NCBI GenBank assembly: GCA_963662625.1
Contig: OY759726.1
Span: 320,001 to 384,000 of the forward strand
Direction: 5' to 3'
DNA: 64,000 nucleotides
Origin: Nitrosopumilus sp.
Lineage (GTDB): Archaea > Thermoproteota > Nitrososphaeria > Nitrososphaerales > Nitrosopumilaceae
A program made the position numbers and the translations under genes. Position 1 is the stretch's first letter. Every line of letters starts with the position of its first letter. The notes under the pieces were generated by a model. That model was not told the DNA's origin, ran no database searches, and saw only the letters and a list, made by a program, of their open reading frames with translations. Positions 56,843-64,000 of this stretch are shown in pieces.

Positions 56843-59690
56843 CTGGGGCGAGATCGAGGCCCGGTGGAGGGCCAGGTGGCGGGAGGACCGCGACTTTGAG
56901 GCCGATCCCGGGGAGGGGAAGAAGAAGTTCATCACGGTGGCGTACCCGTACCCCAACTCGCCGCAGCACATAGGGCACGGGAGGACCTACACCATAGCCG
57001 ACGTCCACGCTAGGTTCTACAGGATGAAGGGCTACAACGTCCTGTTCCCTATGGGGTTCCACTACACCGGCACCCCGATACTCGGGATGGCGAAGAGGGT
57101 GGAGTCGGGCGACGCCGAGCTGATAGACGGGCTGAGGAACCTCTACCACGTCCCAGACCGGGACATCGGGACGTTTTCGGAGCCGATCAAGATAGCGGAC
57201 TACTTCCACGAGGAGATCAAGGCCGGCATGATCGAGATGGGCTATTCCATAGACTGGAGGCGGGAGTTCACCACCATAGACCCGGCATACCAGAAGTTCA
57301 TCGAGTGGCAGATAGTCACGCTGAGGGAAAAGAACCTGATCATCCAGGGGAGCCACCCGGTGGGGTGGTGCCCCAGTGACCAGAACCCGGTGTCGCAGCA
57401 CGACACGCTGGGCGACGTGGAGCCGGACTTTACCGAGTACGTGCTGGTCAAGTTCCGGCTGGGGGACCGCGTGGTGCCCGCCGCGACGCTGCGGCCCGAG
57501 ACGCTCTTTGGCGTGACGAACCTCTGGGTCAACCCCGACACCGTGTACCGGAAGGTCTCGGTCGACGGCGAGGGCTGGATCGTGTCGGCCGAGTGCGCCC
57601 ACAAGCTGGAGTTCCTGGACAAGGAAGTCGAGTACGAGGGGGAGGTTGCCGGGGCCGACCTGGTAGGGAAGATCGCGGAGGTGCCGCACAGCGGCGCGCG
57701 GGTGCCCGTGCTGGGGGCGGGCTTCGTCAAGCCGGGGACCGGCACGGGGCTCGTGATGTCGGTGCCCGCGCACGCGCCGTTTGACTACCAGGCGCTGGCA
57801 GACCTCGAGAAGAGCCCCCCGGCGGGCTCGGCGCCGCCGGGGATCGTCCCTGTCTCCCTGATAGCCACGGAGGGGCACGGCCCGTTCCCGGCAAGGGAGG
57901 CGTGCGAGAGGCTCGGCATCAGGGACCAGGACGACCCGAGGCTGGAGGAGGCGACCTCCGAGGTCTACGAGAGGGAGTTCTACAAGGGGATCCTCACGGA
58001 CGCCTGCGGGGAATTCGCGGGAAGGAAGGTCTCCGAGGCCAAGGACGCGATCAGGGAGTGGCTGTCGCGAGGCGGGCACTCCGACGTCCTGCTGGAGCTC
58101 ACGAACGCGCCGGTGCGGTGCCGCTGCGGGGCCGAGTGCGTCGTGAAGATCCTCTCGAACCAGTGGTTCCTGAACTACGGGGACGCGCGGTGGAAGGAGA
58201 GGGCCAGGGAGTGCCTGGACGGCATGAGCGTACTGCCGCCGGAGATCGTTGGGGAGTTCCACTACGTGGTGGGCTGGCTGCGGGAGAGGGCGTGCGCCAG
58301 GCAGCACGGGCTCGGGACCAGGCTCCCGTGGGACAGGGACTGGATCGTCGAGAGCCTCTCCGACTCTGTGATCTACATGTCGTATTACGCGATCTCGAGG
58401 TTCGTCAACGACGGGACCATATCGGCCGAGGACATGTCGAGGGAGTTCTTCGACTACGTGTTCCTGGGGCGGGGATCCGCCGCCGGCATCCCGGGGATCG
58501 GGGAGGCCGTGGCGGAGCGCATACGCGGCGAGTTCCTGTACTTTTACCCCGTGGACTCGCGGCACTCCGGGCGCGACCTGGTCCCGAACCACCTGACGTT
58601 CTTCGTGCTCAACCACGTCGCGGTATTCGGAGAGGGCGACTGGCCGCGGCAGATCGTGGTCAACGGATCCGTCCTGATGGACGGCAAAAAGATGTCCAAG
58701 AGCATGGGAAACATCATCCCGCTGCGGAAGGCCATACGGGACCACGGCGCGGACCCCATCCGGCTCGCGATACTCGTATCCGCGGAGCTGCTCCAGGACG
58801 CCGACTTTAACCTGGACTCCGTGGGCGGCATCAGGCACAAGCTCGAGGCCATGCTGGGGGAGTGCTCGAGGCTGCGCCCCGGCGGCGCGGGGGCCGGAGG
58901 GCCGGAGGACAGGTGGATCGCAAGCCGGCTGGACGCGCTCGTGGCCAGCGTCAGCGACTCCGTGGAGAGGATGAGGCTGCGCGAGGCGCTGCACGGGATC
59001 CTGTTCTCGTTCGAGGACGACATACAGTGGTACCTGAAGCGGGCTGGCGCCAAGGGGCGCGATGACTGCGTGCCGACGCTGCACCGCGTCTACAGCACCA
59101 GGGTGGCGCTGCTGTCCCCGTTCGCCCCGCACGCGGCCGAGGAGATGTGGCACGCCCTGGGCAACCCCGGCGCGGCGTCCAAGTCAGGGTGGCCCGAGCC
59201 CGCCGGGCCGATCGACGCCGGGGCGATCCAGTCCGAAGACCTGCTAAAGTCGATCATCGCCGACATCGCGAACATCCTGAAGGTGACCGGGATGAAGCCG
59301 TCACGGATAACCGTCTACACCGCGTCCCGCCCCAAGGCCGGGACGTACCGCGCGGTGCTCGGGAGCGTGACGTCGGGCCGGACCACCATGGGGGAGGTGA
59401 TGAGGGGGCTGGCGGCGAACCCGGAGACGGCAGATGCCAGGCGCAACCCGGACTTTGTGCAAAAGGCGCTACGGGACATCCTGTCCGCGCCGTCCGAGAT
59501 CAGGGGCGCGAGGCTCCAGGCAGCGGGCTTTGACGAGCACGGGTTCCTGTCGCGGGAGCTGGAGTCGGTGGTGATGGCGGAGTTCGGGGCGCCCGTGTCC
59601 GTCCTTGCCGAGGACGACCCGGGCATCCGCGACCCCAAGGGCAAGGCCAGGCACGCCAGGCCGTTCAAGCCAGCGATCCTGATCGAGTGA
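56832..59690 (+). CDS. leuS: Leucine--tRNA ligase
   Basis: HIGH, TLRPET, GTG.VMSVPAHAP.D, KMSKS. Confidence 0.96.
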   Translation: MGADWGEIEARWRARWREDRDFEADPGEGKKKFITVAYPYPNSPQHIGHGRTYTIADVHARFYRMKGYNVLFPMGFHYTGTPILGMAKRVESGDAELIDGLRNLYHVPDRDIGTFSEPIKIADYFHEEIKAGMIEMGYSIDWRREFTTIDPAYQKFIEWQIVTLREKNLIIQGSHPVGWCPSDQNPVSQHDTLGDVEPDFTEYVLVKFRLGDRVVPAATLRPETLFGVTNLWVNPDTVYRKVSVDGEGWIVSAECAHKLEFLDKEVEYEGEVAGADLVGKIAEVPHSGARVPVLGAGFVKPGTGTGLVMSVPAHAPFDYQALADLEKSPPAGSAPPGIVPVSLIATEGHGPFPAREACERLGIRDQDDPRLEEATSEVYEREFYKGILTDACGEFAGRKVSEAKDAIREWLSRGGHSDVLLELTNAPVRCRCGAECVVKILSNQWFLNYGDARWKERARECLDGMSVLPPEIVGEFHYVVGWLRERACARQHGLGTRLPWDRDWIVESLSDSVIYMSYYAISRFVNDGTISAEDMSREFFDYVFLGRGSAAGIPGIGEAVAERIRGEFLYFYPVDSRHSGRDLVPNHLTFFVLNHVAVFGEGDWPRQIVVNGSVLMDGKKMSKSMGNIIPLRKAIRDHGADPIRLAILVSAELLQDADFNLDSVGGIRHKLEAMLGECSRLRPGGAGAGGPEDRWIASRLDALVASVSDSVERMRLREALHGILFSFEDDIQWYLKRAGAKGRDDCVPTLHRVYSTRVALLSPFAPHAAEEMWHALGNPGAASKSGWPEPAGPIDAGAIQSEDLLKSIIADIANILKVTGMKPSRITVYTASRPKAGTYRAVLGSVTSGRTTMGEVMRGLAANPETADARRNPDFVQKALRDILSAPSEIRGARLQAAGFDEHGFLSRELESVVMAEFGAPVSVLAEDDPGIRDPKGKARHARPFKPAILIE

Positions 59691-59740
59691 CTCCCGGGAT
59701 CCGACGTGGCGGCCCGCCCGCGGCGTGCCGCTAGGCGGCG

Positions 59741-60340
59741 CTAGAAATGTCCCTCGAACGCCACCTCGGACAGGGGAAGCTGCCCTCCCCTCGGGGGCGG
59801 ATCCGCCGCCCTCTTGCCCACGACCACCATCATCGTGATGACGTGGTCCGGCGGCAGGTTGATCATCTCCCCTACCCTGCCAAAATCGAACCCCTCCATG
59901 GGGCACGAGTCGTAGCCCATGGCCCTCGCGGCCAGCATTATGGTCTGGGCCGCCAGGCTGCAGGATCTGAACGCCTCGTCCCTCTCCAGGCCCTCGTTCC
60001 CCCCGTACGACCGCCTGATCGCGTCGGCGACGCCCCTCCGCTGCCCCTCGGGAAGGCTCTCCCAGTACCTCTCGGGATCCCTGTCCCACGCCTTCAGGTC
60101 TGCGCACAGGACGATCACCAGGGACGCCTCGGCCACCTGCCTCTGGCCGTACGACAGCCCGCACAGCCTGTCCTTTGCGGCCTGCTCGGCCACCGTGACG
60201 AACCTCCAGTTCTGGATGTTGTAGGACGTCGGTGAAAGTATTGCAAGTTCCAGCAGCCGCCTGACCTCGCCGCGGGGCATCTCGTGCCTCCTGAATCTCT
60301 TGACCGAGCGGCGGCTCCTGATCGCCTCGAACGCGTCCAT
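59741..60340 (-). CDS. Nitroreductase family protein
   Basis: RRSVKRF, SPTSYNIQNWRF, GYDSCPMEGFD; start reset to ATG 60340. Confidence 0.92.
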   Translation of the reverse strand: MDAFEAIRSRRSVKRFRRHEMPRGEVRRLLELAILSPTSYNIQNWRFVTVAEQAAKDRLCGLSYGQRQVAEASLVIVLCADLKAWDRDPERYWESLPEGQRRGVADAIRRSYGGNEGLERDEAFRSCSLAAQTIMLAARAMGYDSCPMEGFDFGRVGEMINLPPDHVITMMVVVGKRAADPPPRGGQLPLSEVAFEGHF

Positions 60341-60407
60341 GGTTACATGGTGGTCGCCTGGCCTCGCTAAATAAAGGCTCGGCACGGCGCCGCGCCACGG
60401 CCGGCCC

Positions 60408-63400
60408 TCACGGCGGCACCAGGCCGATCTCCATGGGAACGGTGGAGCCCGGCGCGGGGTCGGCAACTGTCAGCATTCCCGGAACCCTGGATGCGGGATC
60501 CCCGGGGGAAGTCGCATGCCAGTACAGGAGTACTGCTTGCGCACGAAAGTCCGCGGGAACGATGTCCGTGGATGCGGTGCCGCCTGCGTCGGTGACCACA
60601 TCCCACGTTTCGCCCGTGGAGTACGTGTGTATGCGGACGGTCACTCCGGGCAACGCGGGCTCTCCGGCGTCCCTGGTGCCGTCGTAGTCTAGGTCGCGGA
60701 ATGTCGTGACGTTGAGGGTGACCGCCTCGGACGGCAACACCGGACGGAACCCCGCGTCAAACGTCGCGGTCTTGCCCGGTCCAGGACTCACGTACGCGTA
60801 GAACGGACCGGTGGTGATGACGTGATCAAACGGAAAGTACGAAGTCTGCACCAGTACCGTTTCGTCCATGGCGTTTATGCCAAATATGTACGTGCCTCCT
60901 GCGTCGGTAACCGCTTCCAAAACGGCATGTGGGCTTGCGGGGTCTATCACATGCATCGTGTACCCGGGGATTCCTGCCTCTCCCGCGTCCCTTGTGCCGT
61001 TGCCGTTCGTGTCGTAGAACACCGTGCCTGCCACGATCACCGGGGCGGCCGTGGGGCCGTCTGCAACCGTGACGGTGATGCCCATTGAGCTGGGATGCCC
61101 AAAGCCGCCGGAGGACACCACGGTGATGTCGTAGGACGCCTTTGCGTACTCGGCAGACTTGGACAGGAGCACGTTTCCGCGCACCTCGAACAGATCCCCG
61201 TCTCCTTCCGGGACCACGCTGTACGAGGGGTTCTGCCCGTCAAGGAACCTGTTCTGCGCCGCGAGGGTAGTTACTGCGAGGTCGCCAACTGCCACCTCGG
61301 TATCGCCCGGCACGACGTACCAGTCTCCCAGATCTTGGTTGAACGAGTCCGCGCCTGAGAACATGCCGGACATGTCGGTGGCGGCAGAGACGTCCCAGGA
61401 GTCCAGGGGCTGGTTGAAGGATCCAGCATCCCGGAACATGCTCGACATGTAGGCGACACTTGAGACGTCCCAGGAGCCCAGGGGCTGGTTGAAGGATTCA
61501 GCATCCCGGAACATGTCGGACATGTCGGTGGCGGCAGAGACGTCCCAGGAGTCCAGGGGCTGGTTGAAGGAGGATGCAAACGCGAACACGCCGTACATGT
61601 CGGTGGCGGCAGAGACGTCCCAGGAGTCCAGGGGCTGGTCGAAGGAGAAGGCACCCATGAACATGCCGGACATGTCGGTGGCGGCAGAGACGTCCCAGGA
61701 GTCCAGGGGCTGGTCGAAGGAGTTCGCTCCCGCTAACATGCCGGACATGTCGGTGGCGGCAGAGACGTCCCAGGCGTCAAGGGGCTGGTTGAAGGATTCA
61801 GCATCCCGGAACATGCCGGACATGTCCGTCACGCCAGACACGTCCCAAGAGGAGATGCCGCCGTTGAAAGAGGATGCACCATGGAACATACGGGACATGT
61901 CGGTGACCTCGGCGAGGTCAGGGGCGTCCGTCGCGTTGTATGTCATGTTGGCCGCGTCTCGGAACGCCGACTCCATCGTGGTCCACTCTGCGGTGCCCCA
62001 CTGGTCTATCGAGCGCAGCTTGGCGGCGTTCTCTGGATCCCCGCCCAGGTAGATCCTCGTAAAGTCGCCGTACACCTGCACGGTCCATGTGCCGGGGGAG
62101 GTGTAAATGTGGGTAGTGTCAGACCTATGCATGCTAACGTGTCCGTCCCCCCAGTCGACTGCATAAGTGCCGGTGGCATCACCTACAGGGATCGTGATTG
62201 TTTCCCCAGGATAGTCAGTCTGCCACGTAGTGACAAACCGGTCGGATGTCGCAGGCGGCTGTATTGGTGGGACTACCGTGATGGTCAGGCTAATGGAGTT
62301 GGGCGACGAAAAGCCCCCGGTGGACACTATGGTGATGTCGTAGGAGGGCTTTGTGTATGTGGGTAATTTGTATTGGAGTACATTCCCATACATCTCGAAC
62401 ATGTCCCCGTCGCCTTCCGGCACGACAGTATATGTGGGGTTCTGCCCCTCAAGGTATCCATTCTGCGCCGTGATAGCAGTTACCATGACCGCGTCGTGGA
62501 ATACCATGGTGGAGACAGGCACGATGTACCAGTCTCCCAGATCTTGGTTGAACGAGTCCGCGCCTGAGAACATGCCGTACATGTAGGTGGCGGCAGAGAC
62601 GTCCCAGGAGTCCAGGGGCTGGTCGAAGGATCCAGCATCCCAGAACATGCTTGACATGTCGGTGACGCTTGAGACGTCCCAGTCGCCCAGATCCTGGTTG
62701 AACGAGTCCGCGCCTGAGAACATGCCGTACATGTAGGTGGCGGCAGAGACGTCCCAGGAGTCCAGGGGCTGGTCGAAGGATCCAGCATCCCGGAACATGC
62801 TTGACATGTCGGTGACGCTTGAGACGTCCCAGGAGTCCAGGGGCTGGTCGAAGGATCCAGCATCCCGGAACATGCTTGACATGTAGGTGACGCTTGAGAC
62901 GTCCCAGTCGCCCAGATCTTGGTTGAACGAGTCCGCGCCTGAGAACATGAAGGACATGTAGGTGGCGGCAGAGACGTCCCAGGAGTCCAGGGGCTGGTCG
63001 AAGGATCCAGCATCCCGGAACATGCTTGACATGTCGGTGACGCTTGAGACATCCCAGGAGTCGAGGGGCTGGTCGAAGGAGGCGTTCTGGGCGAACATAT
63101 GATTCATGTCCGTCACGCCTGACACGTCCCAGGAGTCCAGGGGCTGGTCGAAGGAGGATGCAAACGCGAACATGCCGGACATGTCGGTGGCGGCAGAGAC
63201 GTCCCAGGAGTCCAGGGGCTGGTCGAAGGAGGATGCAAACGCGAACATGCCGGACATGTCGGTGACACTTGAGACATTCCAGGAGTCGAGGGGCTGGTCG
63301 AAGGAGGCGTTCTGGGCGAACATATGATTCATGTCCGTCACGCCCGACACGTCCCAGGAGTCCAGGGGCTGGTCGAAGGAGTTCGCTCCCTCGAACATCC

Positions 63401-64000
63401 AGCTCATGTCCGTCACGCCCGACACGTCCCAGGAGTCCAGGGGCTGGTCGAAGGAGGCGTTCTGGGCGAACATATGATTCATGTCCGTCACGCCCGACAC
63501 GTCCCAGGAGTCCAAGGGCTGGTCGAAGGAGGCGGCGTCCTTGAACATCCCCTCCATGTCCGTCACGCCCGACACGTCCCAGGAGTCCAAGGGCTGGTCG
63601 AAGGAGGCGGCGTCCTTGAACATCCCCTCCATGTCCGTCACGCCCGACACGTCCCAGGAGTCCAGGGGCTGGTTGAAGGAGTCCGCGCCCGTGAACATCC
63701 AGCTCATGTCCGTCACGCCCGACACGTCCCAAGAGGAGGTGCCGCCGTTGAAGGAGGATGCACCATGGAACATACTGGACATGTCGGTGACCTCGGCGAG
63801 GTCAGGGGCGTCCGTCGCGTTGTATGTCATGTTGGCCGCGTCTCGGAACGCCGACTCCATCGTGGTCCACTCTGCGGTGCCCCACTGGTCTATCGAGCGC
63901 AGCTTGGCGGCGTTCTCTGGATCCCCGCCCAGGTAGATCCTCGCAAAGTCCCCCCACACCTGCACGGTGTAAATCCCGGGTGAGTCGTATTCGTGCGTGG
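60408..64000 (-). CDS. Large BspA/DUF285 leucine-rich-repeat surface protein with PKD-like, cadherin-like and SdrD-B-like domains (5' end outside the window)
   Basis: 25-aa repeats SFDQPLDSWDVSxVTDMxxMF (about 17 + about 8), VDWGDG, GTVFYDTNGNGTRDAGE; frame open to 64000. Confidence 0.92.
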   Translation of the reverse strand, partial: THEYDSPGIYTVQVWGDFARIYLGGDPENAAKLRSIDQWGTAEWTTMESAFRDAANMTYNATDAPDLAEVTDMSSMFHGASSFNGGTSSWDVSGVTDMSWMFTGADSFNQPLDSWDVSGVTDMEGMFKDAASFDQPLDSWDVSGVTDMEGMFKDAASFDQPLDSWDVSGVTDMNHMFAQNASFDQPLDSWDVSGVTDMSWMFEGANSFDQPLDSWDVSGVTDMNHMFAQNASFDQPLDSWNVSSVTDMSGMFAFASSFDQPLDSWDVSAATDMSGMFAFASSFDQPLDSWDVSGVTDMNHMFAQNASFDQPLDSWDVSSVTDMSSMFRDAGSFDQPLDSWDVSAATYMSFMFSGADSFNQDLGDWDVSSVTYMSSMFRDAGSFDQPLDSWDVSSVTDMSSMFRDAGSFDQPLDSWDVSAATYMYGMFSGADSFNQDLGDWDVSSVTDMSSMFWDAGSFDQPLDSWDVSAATYMYGMFSGADSFNQDLGDWYIVPVSTMVFHDAVMVTAITAQNGYLEGQNPTYTVVPEGDGDMFEMYGNVLQYKLPTYTKPSYDITIVSTGGFSSPNSISLTITVVPPIQPPATSDRFVTTWQTDYPGETITIPVGDATGTYAVDWGDGHVSMHRSDTTHIYTSPGTWTVQVYGDFTRIYLGGDPENAAKLRSIDQWGTAEWTTMESAFRDAANMTYNATDAPDLAEVTDMSRMFHGASSFNGGISSWDVSGVTDMSGMFRDAESFNQPLDAWDVSAATDMSGMLAGANSFDQPLDSWDVSAATDMSGMFMGAFSFDQPLDSWDVSAATDMYGVFAFASSFNQPLDSWDVSAATDMSDMFRDAESFNQPLGSWDVSSVAYMSSMFRDAGSFNQPLDSWDVSAATDMSGMFSGADSFNQDLGDWYVVPGDTEVAVGDLAVTTLAAQNRFLDGQNPSYSVVPEGDGDLFEVRGNVLLSKSAEYAKASYDITVVSSGGFGHPSSMGITVTVADGPTAAPVIVAGTVFYDTNGNGTRDAGEAGIPGYTMHVIDPASPHAVLEAVTDAGGTYIFGINAMDETVLVQTSYFPFDHVITTGPFYAYVSPGPGKTATFDAGFRPVLPSEAVTLNVTTFRDLDYDGTRDAGEPALPGVTVRIHTYSTGETWDVVTDAGGTASTDIVPADFRAQAVLLYWHATSPGDPASRVPGMLTVADPAPGSTVPMEIGLVPP

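Noticed and set aside
56814-59153. Long antisense and alternative-frame ORFs (also 38917-40374, 43808-45061, 62449-63732 and others)
   Set aside because: Shadow ORFs caused by high GC3 or repeats opposite well-supported genes; compositions are not protein-like.
60408-64000. Diversity-generating retroelement target
   Set aside because: No reverse transcriptase in the window and the repeat differences are not adenine-specific TR/VR pairs.

Overview
This is an archaeal chromosomal segment, most likely from a high-GC member of the Nitrosopumilaceae (ammonia-oxidising Thaumarchaeota). That assignment is inferred from gene content and order; the DUF285/BspA surface protein and IS debris would fit a sponge symbiont. 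Most of the window is core housekeeping: herA-nurA, NAD synthesis (nadX, nadA, nadC), rpoE1/spt4, hppA, TFB, gar1, srp19, rps8e, scpAB, tatA, a DUF1998 helicase, purD, the rpl12/10/1/11-spt5-secE cluster, rpl19e/32e, pckA, SOD, ftsY, argF, rpl18-rps5-rpl30-rpl15-secY-adk-cmk-cbf5, alaS and leuS. Features missing from the ORF track include a box C/D guide sRNA (8280-8334), an intron-containing tRNA-Ser(GGA), secE, the 5' part of herA, a full-length ISH3-type IS with 18-bp TIRs and a 5-bp TSD, and a decayed IS630/IS110/low-GC island (27.5-30.4 kb). The most striking signals are (i) apparent A:T->G:C drift in unselected DNA, seen as very GC-rich spacers and D->G/E->G/L->P changes at transposase catalytic motifs, with GATC/CATG sites surviving; (ii) a mosaic, cassette-like LRR surface protein showing signs of gene conversion; and (iii) a 22-unit tandem repeat in FtsY. 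I could not support a complete novel multi-gene system. No CRISPR array, reverse transcriptase or integrase is present.
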